Shown here: positions 7,560-18,585 of the stretch, piece by piece
Numbering within the stretch: the first letter of the stretch is position 1
Layout: each line of letters opens with the position of its first letter
Source: a virus
Strand: one strand, 5' to 3'
Length of the DNA stretch: 64,000 nucleotides
Virus genome (UHGV): UHGV-1351772
Position numbers and translations under genes: made by a program
Notes under the pieces: model-generated
Told to the model about the DNA's origin: nothing
Databases searched by the model: none
The model's input: only the letters and a program-made list of their open reading frames with translations

Positions 7560-8936
7560 ATGGCTGAACTGGTTTATGATTTTACATCCGGCTGCTACCA
7601 GAAAGCTGGAACTCGCGTCGCTCAGGAATCGTTCGGCCGTGATCCGTTCTTCGATGACGCGGAAACCTCATCGGGTTTGTACTACGACTACGGTTTTGGT
7701 GGCTACGTACCGATGGGATTCTCTGTTGCACACGAAGCCCGTCGCGACGACCGTTTACGTAAAGCGTTTGACGGCGTGTTTAATAAACTCGTGATTGACC
7801 GCAAATTGGCGTCTAAGCTGCGTCACTACGTAAGCGGAATACTCTCTCGTGAAGGTAACGTGGAGTGGTTAGGGTCGAACCTCCTCGGTGTTCACAGCAT
7901 CCGTTTTTTCGATTCGGACCGTAATCGTCTGTTCGATGAAGTTATCAACGTTGACGAAGATTATCTGTCGGAACTGATTAAAGAGTCCCAGTCGATTAAT
8001 ACCGATTGGCAGGTCGCGGGTGATACGTATAACCTGACCATCGTGTATTTGTTGCACCTGATGATTCCAAAGTTTGGCGACAAAGAAATCCTCGCTGCAG
8101 CCATCGACCTGGTGACGATACTCCAGTTTAAATTCTACTCGAGTATTTACTATCACTTCTTTCCGAAACCGGTTGATCTCCCTGCAGCAGAAGCGGCGTA
8201 TTCGATGCTCTCAATGAAATTCGATATTCGACGTTTGGGTAACTGGGGGCTGCATATGGCAGAACGTGCAACGTATTTCTGTTCGCCCGAATACCCGAAC
8301 TACGACGCCGTAAAACGTTTCGATACCCCCGACTTGGTACTGCGTTATATCACCGATTTAAATACACGTACGAAACAAACCGTGAAAGACTACTACGCGG
8401 TGCTCGATCGTGTACGTCGTGAGAATACTCGCGTGGTTAGTCAATCCGCGCGTATCGAGTTAGATGGCCAGTCTGTAATCCGTGATAAAGTCGGTGCACT
8501 AGAGATTGCAAAACAGAATCTGTTTGATGCGTCTTACGACATTAACAATCTGTACAAGGAAGAGTTGGCTCGTGTGGTGCTAGAAATGGTGCCCAAAGCA
8601 TCTCCCGCCGCGCTGAAAACGCTGCTGACTTATATCGCCAGTTTGCCGATTGGTAAGAAGCGTGATGAAATCAATAGCATTATGGAGGATACACTCTCAC
8701 ATGCTTTTGATGAGATTGTTACCAACCGTATCAACTTCAATGATGCGGTAACGGTGTTGCAGCGTATGCGTGCGTTGTATCAAGCATCGAAATCACCGAA
8801 CCCGTATGTGTTATCCCTACGGTCGAGAATTGAGAAATTGGCGGCGAAGGAAACACACATCCGACACGAATCCGCGTTAGCAGCTTTGCGTAATGCGTTG
8901 TTGTTATATTTCTTAATCCGGTCGTTACAGAAATAA
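7560..8936 (+). CDS. hypothetical protein (458 aa)
   Basis: six-frame ORF, divergent from the 6362..7486 gene; followed by hairpin terminator. Confidence 0.6.
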   Translation: MAELVYDFTSGCYQKAGTRVAQESFGRDPFFDDAETSSGLYYDYGFGGYVPMGFSVAHEARRDDRLRKAFDGVFNKLVIDRKLASKLRHYVSGILSREGNVEWLGSNLLGVHSIRFFDSDRNRLFDEVINVDEDYLSELIKESQSINTDWQVAGDTYNLTIVYLLHLMIPKFGDKEILAAAIDLVTILQFKFYSSIYYHFFPKPVDLPAAEAAYSMLSMKFDIRRLGNWGLHMAERATYFCSPEYPNYDAVKRFDTPDLVLRYITDLNTRTKQTVKDYYAVLDRVRRENTRVVSQSARIELDGQSVIRDKVGALEIAKQNLFDASYDINNLYKEELARVVLEMVPKASPAALKTLLTYIASLPIGKKRDEINSIMEDTLSHAFDEIVTNRINFNDAVTVLQRMRALYQASKSPNPYVLSLRSRIEKLAAKETHIRHESALAALRNALLLYFLIRSLQK

Positions 8937-8945
8937 AAAAAGAGT

Positions 8946-8975
8946 TAGCCAGTAACCCTAACGGGTTACTGGCTA
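8946..8975. terminator. bidirectional intrinsic terminator-like hairpin
   Basis: tagccagtaaccc-taac-gggttactggcta stem, A-run upstream and T-rich downstream. Confidence 0.5.
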
Positions 8976-8992
8976 GTTTATTTTAGCTGGGT

Positions 8993-9232
8993 TCAATGGG
9001 GCCCTGACATTACCACGAGGTGTATAGAGTAGACCATATTTAGCGCATAGGTAGCTGACGAACCTGCTACCATCAGACCAAATACTGCAAATGCCTGTAC
9101 ATACCGTGTTTTTCGTAGTGGGAAACCTTGCGAACGTCCGTATTGTTTTATCGCTTGGTAACTCTCGCGGATCATTTTATACGTCGCTATCCACGAAAAG
9201 AACACAAGTAAATAGTAAATTGGAGCCATCAC
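8993..9232 (-). CDS. small putative membrane protein (79 aa, two hydrophobic helices)
   Basis: ORF overlaps the terminase stop by ATGA; two hydrophobic segments. Confidence 0.45.
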   Translation of the reverse strand: MMAPIYYLLVFFSWIATYKMIRESYQAIKQYGRSQGFPLRKTRYVQAFAVFGLMVAGSSATYALNMVYSIHLVVMSGPH

Positions 9233-11337
9233 TTCATCCTCTGGCGTTGGATAAGCTCTCTTAAGCTTTCCATTGACGCCACGTTTTGTGTATCAGTGTT
9301 AAGTTGAGCAATGAGGGACTGGAGACGGTTACGAGCAGCCATTGCTTGAACCGGGTCTAATAACCCGTTTGTGGTTCGCACAAGACGCTCAATTTCCCCC
9401 ATCAGTTCCTGCTGTCGCGCCTCCTCCTCGAGTTGTAATTCCTCATCCACCCCTTCACGATTTTCGACTAAATTACGATTGCGCATCATCAATCGACTGT
9501 TGTTGATTTCATAATGCCCCAGGTTATTCCCAAGCAGCAATAACCACATCGCAAGTAACCAAGAAATCACGAGGTCGTCATGACCTGAAGCTTTGTGGTC
9601 AATACGACCATTTTTCTCCACGAGGTTAAGTATCTGGTCGATGAGTTCTCCGCAACGGAGTTTATCCGCGGATAAGCGCAACGCTGTGGTGAATACCTCA
9701 CCGTACAGTTTACGACGTTTTTCCTGGTCGGTTGAGAAACCGATATATTTACGGAATTTATTCCAGAACTTCTCAGCGTTACCAATAGGTCCACGGTGAT
9801 ACTCTTTGTAGAGATCGTCCGTACGTGAGTAGTCCTGAGTGATTCTCACAAATAAACGGCGATGTAAGTCCGTGACGCGAGACTGTAACTGCAGGATAAT
9901 TGCATCAGCCACAGACGAGCCAGTAGACCGTCGTTCCAGGATTAGTACCGTGTTAGGATATCGCACCATAAAATCCGCTAAATGAATCGCGAAAGAGATA
10001 ACGTTAGATTCGTTAACGGTTAATTTACCTGCATACTCTGCGGTCACAGAGTTAACAATAGACATGGCGATCGCGTCTCGACCCACCGCCTCAGAGGTAT
10101 CCAACCCGATGACGTGTCGGTCTTTGAGCTTCGTCATCATCTCCTCTTCGGTGTAGTACCAGTCGGTAACGTAGTTTTGTGGTGAAATATCTTTAAACAC
10201 AGCACGCATACGGGAAGCATTCATACGATCTGCATCTTCCGCTGAGAACGGCTTGTTCAGACCACCGGTAGTCCATTCACCCCCGAAGTCACGACGGATC
10301 TGGTCAGGGGTACCTTTGGCGTTCGCAATCATTGCCGCTAACTGCTCATCGCTGGTACCGAGCTGACGGTGGTTGTACTTCACGTAGAACATGATACGTG
10401 GGACTTCTGCCGTGGAGTTAGAACGGATGATATCAATGAGCTGTTTACGGGTTGGAATGTCGATATAGCGCTCATCCCACATAATCCCCGACGTCATCAG
10501 CTCGTACATGTACTTGCCTTCTTCCGTCGCTAAGTCACCAGGGGTTGTTGCGAATACGTTACCGTAAGGAACACCTTCCGCTTCGTTAATACGGCGAGCC
10601 GCTGTACCGGATGCCAGGGCTGCCGGTAGAATGTGGTGTACGTTTTTGGTAAAGGGGCCTTCGTCCGAGAACAGACGACCAGCGGTGAGTCCACGACCGA
10701 TACCGTTAGCAGATTCTGGGTCGTTTTGGCCGATACCCGTAATCAGTTTGTTACCCTGGGCTAAACACGCAAAAGTTTCGCGGTTATCTGGATCATCTGG
10801 ATGTGCTGGCCACAAGTAAGACGGTAGACCGTTACGTAGTTGCTTAAGTTTGTTAATGGTTTCTTCACGCAGTGCCGGTCCTTTTGTGATAAGAATCGTA
10901 CGAGAGTTTTCCAGAAACCGAATTAACCACAATAGTAATCCGCTCATCCCGACGGTTTTACCATGCTGACGGAGGAACTCGACGGCGGCGTCGATGTTGT
11001 TGAAGAAAATCCAATACATCGAAAAGTTACCACGGTCGATACGGAACGGCGACCCGTATTTCATACCGTCCGCAGGTACCCTGACGCACTCTCGAAACCA
11101 GTACCAAGGGTTTTCAGCACACTCGATGGCGATATACGCTTTCTGCTCGTCCGTTAGGTTTTCGTCAAAAGGATCGACCCCTTGCAGTAAAGGGTTATGT
11201 AAGGCGAGATGAATATAGTAGTGCTTTACACCCAGCTTTTTTAGGATATTTGCAAACTTGATAAACGATTTGTTTGTGGTTTTATCGTCAACAATAGCGC
11301 CTGGATAATAACGCCAGTCCGATTCACGTAGTATCAT
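9229..11337 (-). CDS. terL: terminase large subunit (T4 gp17-type ATPase/nuclease)
   Basis: Walker A-like RQHGKT; C-terminal nuclease motif ASGHDDLVISWLL matching the T4 gp17 GYHDDLVMS pattern; GAGGAG RBS. Confidence 0.85.
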   Translation of the reverse strand: MILRESDWRYYPGAIVDDKTTNKSFIKFANILKKLGVKHYYIHLALHNPLLQGVDPFDENLTDEQKAYIAIECAENPWYWFRECVRVPADGMKYGSPFRIDRGNFSMYWIFFNNIDAAVEFLRQHGKTVGMSGLLLWLIRFLENSRTILITKGPALREETINKLKQLRNGLPSYLWPAHPDDPDNRETFACLAQGNKLITGIGQNDPESANGIGRGLTAGRLFSDEGPFTKNVHHILPAALASGTAARRINEAEGVPYGNVFATTPGDLATEEGKYMYELMTSGIMWDERYIDIPTRKQLIDIIRSNSTAEVPRIMFYVKYNHRQLGTSDEQLAAMIANAKGTPDQIRRDFGGEWTTGGLNKPFSAEDADRMNASRMRAVFKDISPQNYVTDWYYTEEEMMTKLKDRHVIGLDTSEAVGRDAIAMSIVNSVTAEYAGKLTVNESNVISFAIHLADFMVRYPNTVLILERRSTGSSVADAIILQLQSRVTDLHRRLFVRITQDYSRTDDLYKEYHRGPIGNAEKFWNKFRKYIGFSTDQEKRRKLYGEVFTTALRLSADKLRCGELIDQILNLVEKNGRIDHKASGHDDLVISWLLAMWLLLLGNNLGHYEINNSRLMMRNRNLVENREGVDEELQLEEEARQQELMGEIERLVRTTNGLLDPVQAMAARNRLQSLIAQLNTDTQNVASMESLRELIQRQRMK

Positions 11338-11349
11338 ACAGACTCCTCA

Positions 11350-11373
11350 CCTCCTACCCTTTCGGGTAGGAGG
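11350..11373 (-). promoter_or_regulatory. stable hairpin in the 46-nt spacer just upstream of the terminase RBS (RNA processing/stability or attenuator candidate)
   Basis: cctcctaccc-tttc-gggtaggagg 10-bp stem; no U-tract follows it on the minus-strand transcript. Confidence 0.35.
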
Positions 11374-11383
11374 CTTGTTATAT

Positions 11384-13024
11384 TTATTCGATGTGGTGCG
11401 CCAACATTGGCGACGCGGCTAAGTTTAACGTATCTGTTGGTGTGCGACGTATCCAACGAATCACTAGCGGAGCGTCCAGTGGTACGCGGTAGTCGATAAC
11501 CTTTTTATCCAACCACTCATCTACGCTATAGGTGTAAACTTTACCCCCGACGTGGATTTCGAAGTGTGTTGGTTCAGGTGGCTCTGATTCATTACGGCGG
11601 TCGTACAACGGATAAATCGGCTCGTACAACAGCTTCAACCATTCCGCCTTAGAGGCCACTTTGTTACTGACGTCGATTTCAGAATAATTGACGTTGGAGT
11701 ATTTAAATTCCGCCCATACGTTTTCCCCATACTTCATACCGTCTGGGAGGTATTCCAGAATGAAGTTCGAGTTCAGTTCGTTACCCGGATTTACAAGCGT
11801 AATAGCGAATGACTGAGACTGAATAAACGCACGGAATTTACTGTCTACTTTACTGATATCGACCTGAACGTTAAGGCGTTGTTTAACACCCATCAGTAAC
11901 GGATCGAAGGTCGTGCCCGTGGTGTAGTTAACGTGTGCTGTTGCATCGTAGACTTTACCGCGTGTCAGGTTATACAGCAAGAAGTCCAGACGATAACCGC
12001 GTGTGGCATCCAACCATCTCGGTACAACGAAAAGTTTCATGCTGTAGGCACCGTCGACCTGCTCTGTTACCGCCGTATAGTTTTTCACAATGGTGTCACC
12101 TACGACATCGGTACCCCCGTAAGTTTCACCTCTGGATAACTTATAGCTTAGTACGCATGGTAGCGTGTTGCCTGAGTTAGAAGCGATGTAGAACGTGTCG
12201 TGTGAACCTGCGTTACGTAGGCCGTTGAATTTCACACGAGCCTGGTCGATAGGTAGACGTTTTGTGCCATCGCTGTAAACAACATCACACCAAAGCGGTA
12301 TAGACTCGATTGGCATGTTGATCGGCAGCGTCAGTGTGGTGCCGTCGTTGTCTACCAAGAACGGTGACACTAACTTAATACCTAACACCGTGCGCGCTGG
12401 CGTTTCTTGCGGCATTACCAGGTTCGTTTTGATAATGTGTGCGTGACCGATTTGCACCACGTTACCGACGTCGGAGTAAACAGCGAACATACATTCTTCG
12501 CCGTTCTCGACCTCAGCTAAGCAAGCACCAGGTAACGTTTGTTTAACGACACGCTCTGCACCTTCGACAGAAATCGTCTGGACCGGTAAGTAAGTGTATT
12601 TCAATTTACCGTCTTTGTAGTAGCCGGAGAGTATTTCCGCACTGTCGTCAACTTTACTGCCTCGGAAAATGCGCACCCCGTCCACATCCGGTCCTTCAAA
12701 GGTGAGTGCGTTATCTAACACCATTGTTGCCGGGAGCTTCGTAGAATCCACGTAGACGCGATATTTATCGCTACGCAGTGGGTAGTGTCCGTTCAGACGA
12801 CCGTCTTGATTAGCCACCCCTACACCGCCCCACGGTTCTGTTTCCCACGACGGTTTGGCGTAGTTAACGCTTATGACGATATCGAAACCGGAGGTGATAT
12901 CGTTAACGATCAGATCTTTCGGGTTCGGTACGTATCCGGTTGGGCGTTCCGGCGCATAGAGTTCTTCAGGACGCCATACACGGAACCCGCGATCCTTATT
13001 AATAATGTCGGTTGTTAAGGCCAT
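11384..13024 (-). CDS. hypothetical protein (546 aa), possibly virion/morphogenesis given position next to the terminase
   Basis: long ORF, tight spacing with flanking genes. Confidence 0.6.
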   Translation of the reverse strand: MALTTDIINKDRGFRVWRPEELYAPERPTGYVPNPKDLIVNDITSGFDIVISVNYAKPSWETEPWGGVGVANQDGRLNGHYPLRSDKYRVYVDSTKLPATMVLDNALTFEGPDVDGVRIFRGSKVDDSAEILSGYYKDGKLKYTYLPVQTISVEGAERVVKQTLPGACLAEVENGEECMFAVYSDVGNVVQIGHAHIIKTNLVMPQETPARTVLGIKLVSPFLVDNDGTTLTLPINMPIESIPLWCDVVYSDGTKRLPIDQARVKFNGLRNAGSHDTFYIASNSGNTLPCVLSYKLSRGETYGGTDVVGDTIVKNYTAVTEQVDGAYSMKLFVVPRWLDATRGYRLDFLLYNLTRGKVYDATAHVNYTTGTTFDPLLMGVKQRLNVQVDISKVDSKFRAFIQSQSFAITLVNPGNELNSNFILEYLPDGMKYGENVWAEFKYSNVNYSEIDVSNKVASKAEWLKLLYEPIYPLYDRRNESEPPEPTHFEIHVGGKVYTYSVDEWLDKKVIDYRVPLDAPLVIRWIRRTPTDTLNLAASPMLAHHIE

Positions 13025-13026
13025 GA

Positions 13027-15543
13027 TTAACCCTTGATTTTCAGATACTGGTTCAGCTGAACTTCACCATTCAGATACCGCTCGTTAACGCGATCCAAAA
13101 ACGCGAACCCGAGTTCGTTAACTTCTACGGTTTGGTATTTCACATGCGGATGGAGCTTGACAAACGCTTTATCGTAACCGATGTACGCGGGGTCGAACGG
13201 AAGCAGGTCTTTATACCGCTCCATAATCTCATCCAACTGTGTTGTTGAAATACGATAATCTGGATCGTCTTCCACGAGGGTGAGAACACCCTGTAAGTAG
13301 TCCCACAGGATTTTATTCAACGTAGGTGAATATAGGTGATACAGGTGCGGTAAAGGCACCGGGTTCTGTGGAGGCGGTGTCGGGAACCAGTTAGTCATGT
13401 AATTTTCTACTCGACTATCCAGATCACGCGCTACGTCTCTGAGCGCATACGTGTTCCCCGTTACCAGTGTACGCAACGGTATTGTAGGGTCGTCGACAGA
13501 GTAGGGATAACCATCATCAACAATTTTGACGCCTACCGTGTTGTCCTCGCGGAACACTACCTCGTCGCGTAATAGCAAGGAACCGCCAGCAACGACACGA
13601 ATAACTTTGTCGTCACGACAATCGAATTGGTTGTTATTTGATAACAGCCCGCTTGAGACGAAACCGTGTTTCGGAATACGAAGTTCACCGGTGACACCAC
13701 GACAACGCACCGCGATGTGGTTTTCATCAGTATCGCTCATCCAAGCTTTACAGACTACAACGATTTCTGGCCAAATGACGTGATAATCGATACCGTGTAC
13801 CAGAGGGTGTCCGTTTAACCACACTTCAACAGTTTCCATCGGAATCCACAGAGTGCGTTGTTTACCTTCTTGGTTTCGGGCCAGAATAGGAATACGAATC
13901 TCCCCTTCCCTGACCGCCACATCGATTTCGAAATACAGATGACGATCGTCGTAAATCACCGTAGGATGACGACGAGTACGGTCCACAGTCCAGGTAATGC
14001 TATTACCTTCACGGGTGTAATCCGTCCCTTCCACTGCCTTCAGATATTCGTCTCGTGGAATGTCATCGATAACCTTACGTAACCACAAGTTAACGTTTTG
14101 GCCTTCCTGAATCTCGAAATCGGCGGCGTTATCAACGATAGTTACTGTCTCGGCTTTATCGCCTTCAATCGCCTCGATAATTCTGGTGTTGGGGTTGCGT
14201 GCTTGGTATACGTCGTAACCACGGTTTTGATGTGCCTCTAACAGCAAACCATCGCCATCATACTCGTACACAGTCGAGTTGGTTGCCAATAACGCAGGTA
14301 AGGTAGCGCGGTACCCTCCTTCCGTTAACGTAAGACGCTGAGGGGTATCGGCGGCATAACGGCTTACGGCGTTGTAACCGTAGGCATCAGTACACAAATC
14401 GCGCGTAATATTCTCAAGCTTAGCTGCTGCCAATCGGTTAAAAGCAGCTTGTTCCAGATTAGCAGCCTGCCACTCTGTTACGTTCGCATTCGCACCGATC
14501 ATCGCGTCGATAATCAGGTCATCTGATAATCGGTATAAATCGTGTATGTGCGATGAGTTAAACAACGGCGTAATATCCAGATAGTCATCGCGGATAATCA
14601 GCCTGATGATCAGATCGTCCAGGTCGGTGATTGAGCCACTAAAAACGTTGCGATATTTTGCAATGCGTTCAGTCGGGATTGATAAATCGTTCCATGTTAG
14701 CTGACGTAGCGCCTGGTGGCGGTGACGATGGTAATAACGCCCCCGGCCTTTCCAATAAAGCTGGATCTCCGCATCGTTGTTAAAAATCCAGATGCCATCT
14801 TTTTTCGGAATATGGAGCAAGTATTTTCGTTTGCTATCCAGTTTGGACATAAACGTTTGTAAGTCGCCGCAGCGAAACTCTACAACACGACGAACGCGAC
14901 CATCGACGCGGATGTCGATATCGTCCCACGTTTTAATATCCGCAGGCTTTGGAGAATCAACCAGTTCTCCGTTTAACCAGAACTCAACGTACCCTTTGTT
15001 TTGTTGTTTCAGGTAATTAAACCGATCGATGACCTTTTGGACCTGTTCACGATTCGGCGGTGAATAAAACTCGACGGTCGTCGGGTTGATGTACGGTGCG
15101 TTTTCACCCCCGTTGTAACCAGGATAAATTCGCAGGTAACAAGGGTCGTTGTCCAACCAGGCATACCGATCGGATTGCGGAATAGCCATGTAAACCATTC
15201 CCGCACTGTTACGGTAGAAATAAACGTATTCGGAAGGAATTGTCGTTCCGTTTTCGTTATAGACCTGAATCCAGGTGCTAAAACCGTTTACGCAAGTGGA
15301 CAGTTTCTTCCAACGGTTTAGGGGGATAGCAAGATTCCCCCAGTTTACGTGAAGTTTATCCACCGCATAGGCGTGCCACCACGAATTCTCTTTCGGTAAA
15401 GCGACCGGAATCCGACCGTGTTTGAAAAAGCCGATCGCCCCGGTCTTGGGTGAAAGACGGAAGGGTGCGATGTTGAGCACCCCGTCAAGATATGGACGCT
15501 GCCACGCTTTTTGGATGGCGTGGGCGACCAGCCAGTTCTCCAT
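13027..15543 (-). CDS. hypothetical large protein (838 aa), possibly virion structural (portal not excluded)
   Basis: long ORF in the terminase-containing block; no diagnostic motif recognised. Confidence 0.6.
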   Translation of the reverse strand: MENWLVAHAIQKAWQRPYLDGVLNIAPFRLSPKTGAIGFFKHGRIPVALPKENSWWHAYAVDKLHVNWGNLAIPLNRWKKLSTCVNGFSTWIQVYNENGTTIPSEYVYFYRNSAGMVYMAIPQSDRYAWLDNDPCYLRIYPGYNGGENAPYINPTTVEFYSPPNREQVQKVIDRFNYLKQQNKGYVEFWLNGELVDSPKPADIKTWDDIDIRVDGRVRRVVEFRCGDLQTFMSKLDSKRKYLLHIPKKDGIWIFNNDAEIQLYWKGRGRYYHRHRHQALRQLTWNDLSIPTERIAKYRNVFSGSITDLDDLIIRLIIRDDYLDITPLFNSSHIHDLYRLSDDLIIDAMIGANANVTEWQAANLEQAAFNRLAAAKLENITRDLCTDAYGYNAVSRYAADTPQRLTLTEGGYRATLPALLATNSTVYEYDGDGLLLEAHQNRGYDVYQARNPNTRIIEAIEGDKAETVTIVDNAADFEIQEGQNVNLWLRKVIDDIPRDEYLKAVEGTDYTREGNSITWTVDRTRRHPTVIYDDRHLYFEIDVAVREGEIRIPILARNQEGKQRTLWIPMETVEVWLNGHPLVHGIDYHVIWPEIVVVCKAWMSDTDENHIAVRCRGVTGELRIPKHGFVSSGLLSNNNQFDCRDDKVIRVVAGGSLLLRDEVVFREDNTVGVKIVDDGYPYSVDDPTIPLRTLVTGNTYALRDVARDLDSRVENYMTNWFPTPPPQNPVPLPHLYHLYSPTLNKILWDYLQGVLTLVEDDPDYRISTTQLDEIMERYKDLLPFDPAYIGYDKAFVKLHPHVKYQTVEVNELGFAFLDRVNERYLNGEVQLNQYLKIKG

Positions 15544-15553
15544 AGTGGACCTC

Positions 15554-16462
15554 TTACTGGTTGTTTATCGGTTTGGTGTTTTGGTTAAGTAATGTGTCGT
15601 ATGCCATGATAAAAGCGTCTTTACGTTTTGCCACGTCACATTTCTTAATTAGCCCACCTAAACGGGAGCGGTTAAATATCACGTTCTCTAAGCATGTGCG
15701 GGTAATAACAAAGAGAGACGGTGGATATTCGATGGCGCTGGTAACAAGTTGACGATCGTAGCTAATAAAGCTACCCAGGCTCGTTGCCAGCATACCTTGC
15801 AAACTTACTACGCTGAGATCTTTTAAGCGTGCGGTAATGTCTGCAGCTTTTACCATCTCGACAAATTCACCGATATTGCGTGGGAACAGGAACTCTGTGT
15901 TTCCGGTAACAGTTTCAAAAATCTGTGGTCCGAGGCGAAGTTCACGTTCTAACTGTTGCTGCATTCTTAACATTTTAACTTCATCTTCGAAGTTGTTGTA
16001 GAACTGCCCTACGGAGAACAGGGCAGCGAGTGCCTTGACTTGACCACTTTGATATGGAGCAAGTGCGTAGGTGTGTTCAATTGCATCGCTAATCCACCTG
16101 CTGAAGATCTCATGGTGATAAGACATACGTGACATTAATGCACCGAGCTTATCATTGTTCCGTTTCCACACTAATTCCCAACGTGCTTCGTCGAGACGTA
16201 ATTGGTGCTCAATGGGGTTACGGATTTTCAGTACGCCGTTTTTATCGAGCGTAGTGAAAGTTCGTGCGTCAACGTACACGTCATCACCGATGACGATCGG
16301 TAACGGGAACGGTTTTACATCGGCGGTTTCGATAACGTAATGTACTTCGTCAGACTGTGCAACGGTCTGATTGACTTTACGCGCCAGTTCCAAATCCGCG
16401 TGTAAGCGGGTAAGGTCTATGGTATTAAACGGAGTACCGTTGTAAGCGTTTTTGAGTGCCAT
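15554..16462 (-). CDS. hypothetical protein (302 aa)
   Basis: six-frame ORF. Confidence 0.55.
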   Translation of the reverse strand: MALKNAYNGTPFNTIDLTRLHADLELARKVNQTVAQSDEVHYVIETADVKPFPLPIVIGDDVYVDARTFTTLDKNGVLKIRNPIEHQLRLDEARWELVWKRNNDKLGALMSRMSYHHEIFSRWISDAIEHTYALAPYQSGQVKALAALFSVGQFYNNFEDEVKMLRMQQQLERELRLGPQIFETVTGNTEFLFPRNIGEFVEMVKAADITARLKDLSVVSLQGMLATSLGSFISYDRQLVTSAIEYPPSLFVITRTCLENVIFNRSRLGGLIKKCDVAKRKDAFIMAYDTLLNQNTKPINNQ

Positions 16463-16524
16463 GAGTATGATACCTTAGTATGACCCTTTTTCAAGGTCTT
16501 AAAGACTGAATATGGAGACGTTCC

Positions 16525-18582
16525 ATGAGTTTTATTCCACGAAACGGCGCGCCATTGAATAACAAGCAAGGGTGGCAGGATAACTCTGTCCCTGAGCTTG
16601 TCCGGACCCCCACGGGTGATCCGATTCATAAGCCGCTGATCTTCACCTTTGCATCACGCGGGGTAGACGACGAGGCGTTCCCGTTATCCGGGGATAATGC
16701 ATTGTCTCTGCTTGGTCGTGATTTGTTCGACCTGCGTGGCGATTACGCGACGTTCAACACACCCTTCCAGGCGATGTTTAATGCCAATGGTAACGAGTGT
16801 ATGTATCAGCGTCTGGTACCGGAAGATGCGAAAGTCGCAGCTGTCCGTCTGGTGGCTGACGTCCTCGAAACCAAAGTTCCTTCATACGAGCGTGTGAACG
16901 GCATTATCCAGTATGAAACTAACGGTAAGCCGAAGAAGAAAGCGGACGTTGATGGCTTGAAAGTGGTTTTCCGTCTGCAAGTTGTCGAAGATGTAAGCAC
17001 CCTGAAAAAAGGTGTGGTTACTGAAGGGACAATGACCGACGAAACTACCCAGGCGAAATCAAAGCTCTATCCGATCTTCGACATTAAAGGCCCGTACGCG
17101 GGTGCTGATGTCAACGGTTTCGGTTTTAAACTGGTTCCGCTGAACGAAAAATCCAGCCCATCTATCGCGTCTGCTTATCAGACCAACGTAGGTGGACGTA
17201 TGTACGCACTGCAATGGTTTGAAACCTTAGCAGGGGTTACATCGCCGGTAATTTGGAAGACCCTTAAAGGTCTTAGCAGCATCAATGTTAGCTTCAAGCC
17301 CGATGCATACTATCAGCCGATGGCTACTCAACTGGACTTCGAAGTCGTTGTTCCAGATGCCTATCGTCAGACGATGCCAGACATCGGTGGTCTGCCGGAC
17401 TACGGTCCTTTCGAAGAGTTCTACATTTACCGTGAAAACCTGGAAACTGTTCTGAAACTGGCACAGTCTAAAATTCAGAATGCGAAACCAGCGATCACCG
17501 ATCCGTATATGGTCGATATCTTCGGCGGCCTGGATTTAACCGGTCAAATGTACGATGGTCTGCAAGTTAGCCCATCTGATGAAGTGGGTAAAGTTGTCTT
17601 TTCTGCTTCTAACATTCACTATCTGCAGGGCGGTAGTGACGGGACGATGGGTAATGATGCTTACGACAAACTCGTGCGTCGTGAGATGAGTCAGTTCCCG
17701 GACGGCGGTAAAGTCCGTTACGATAACGAACTGAAATATTCGTTAGGCTGCTTCTGGGACTCCGGTTTTAGCATGGATACCAAGAAAGTGCTGACCAATT
17801 TCATTGGTCGTTCTCGTAACACGTTCTTGACACTCTGTACTCACGTTTATAACGAAGGTCGTAATGACTTACAAACCGAAGAGAACGTGAAGACAGCGCT
17901 GATCGAAATGATTACGTCCGTGCCTGAGTCGTCCTATTACGGTACCCCGGCGTGCCGTGGGATGATTACTGGCCAGTCTGCTTTCATCCGTAACTCGAGC
18001 TACAAGAAACCGGTTCCGATGTGTTATAGCATTGCGAACTTCTTCTCGAAGTATCTCGGTTCCGGTGAAGGACGTGCAAAACCGGCGTATCGTTTCAGCC
18101 GTGGTGAAGAGACGATCATCGAAGATCTGTACGATTTGAGTATGCCGTGGAAAGGTAACGAGATTTACGCGTCCGACTGGGATGTGTCCCTGGTTACCGC
18201 ACGTTCCCGCGACTACTATCGTTTGTTCATCCCAGCTATCCAGTCCATCTATAGCGAAGAACGTTCAGTGCTGAACAATGCACTGTTTAACTTTATCCTG
18301 ACTTACGTTTATCGTGTCAGCGATCAGGTTTGGGCAGATATGTCCGGTGAAAGCCGTATGACGGACGACGAACGCGCGAAAATGATTGAAAACAAAATCA
18401 CCGAGCGTTTGGAAGGTCGCCTGGATAATATTGCCGACATTACCCCGAGTGCGTATATGACAGCGGACGATAAAGCCAATGGCTACTCTATCACGCTGGA
18501 CATTAAAGCTGAAGGCGGTGTACTGTTGTCGCAGTTCAACACGACGATCAAAGTTTATCGTCGCAACAGTACGGAGGTCTAA
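16525..18582 (+). CDS. abundant virion structural protein candidate (tail sheath-like or capsid; 685 aa)
   Basis: strongly biased, highly-expressed-type codon usage; GGAGA RBS; immediately followed by a 291-aa gene, as in sheath/tube pairs. Confidence 0.6.
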   Translation: MSFIPRNGAPLNNKQGWQDNSVPELVRTPTGDPIHKPLIFTFASRGVDDEAFPLSGDNALSLLGRDLFDLRGDYATFNTPFQAMFNANGNECMYQRLVPEDAKVAAVRLVADVLETKVPSYERVNGIIQYETNGKPKKKADVDGLKVVFRLQVVEDVSTLKKGVVTEGTMTDETTQAKSKLYPIFDIKGPYAGADVNGFGFKLVPLNEKSSPSIASAYQTNVGGRMYALQWFETLAGVTSPVIWKTLKGLSSINVSFKPDAYYQPMATQLDFEVVVPDAYRQTMPDIGGLPDYGPFEEFYIYRENLETVLKLAQSKIQNAKPAITDPYMVDIFGGLDLTGQMYDGLQVSPSDEVGKVVFSASNIHYLQGGSDGTMGNDAYDKLVRREMSQFPDGGKVRYDNELKYSLGCFWDSGFSMDTKKVLTNFIGRSRNTFLTLCTHVYNEGRNDLQTEENVKTALIEMITSVPESSYYGTPACRGMITGQSAFIRNSSYKKPVPMCYSIANFFSKYLGSGEGRAKPAYRFSRGEETIIEDLYDLSMPWKGNEIYASDWDVSLVTARSRDYYRLFIPAIQSIYSEERSVLNNALFNFILTYVYRVSDQVWADMSGESRMTDDERAKMIENKITERLEGRLDNIADITPSAYMTADDKANGYSITLDIKAEGGVLLSQFNTTIKVYRRNSTEV

Positions 18583-18585
18583 TAG

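Noticed and set aside
11350-11373. Hairpin as a plus-strand intrinsic terminator
   Set aside because: A T-rich tract follows it on the plus strand, but no plus-strand gene lies upstream; both flanking genes are on the minus strand
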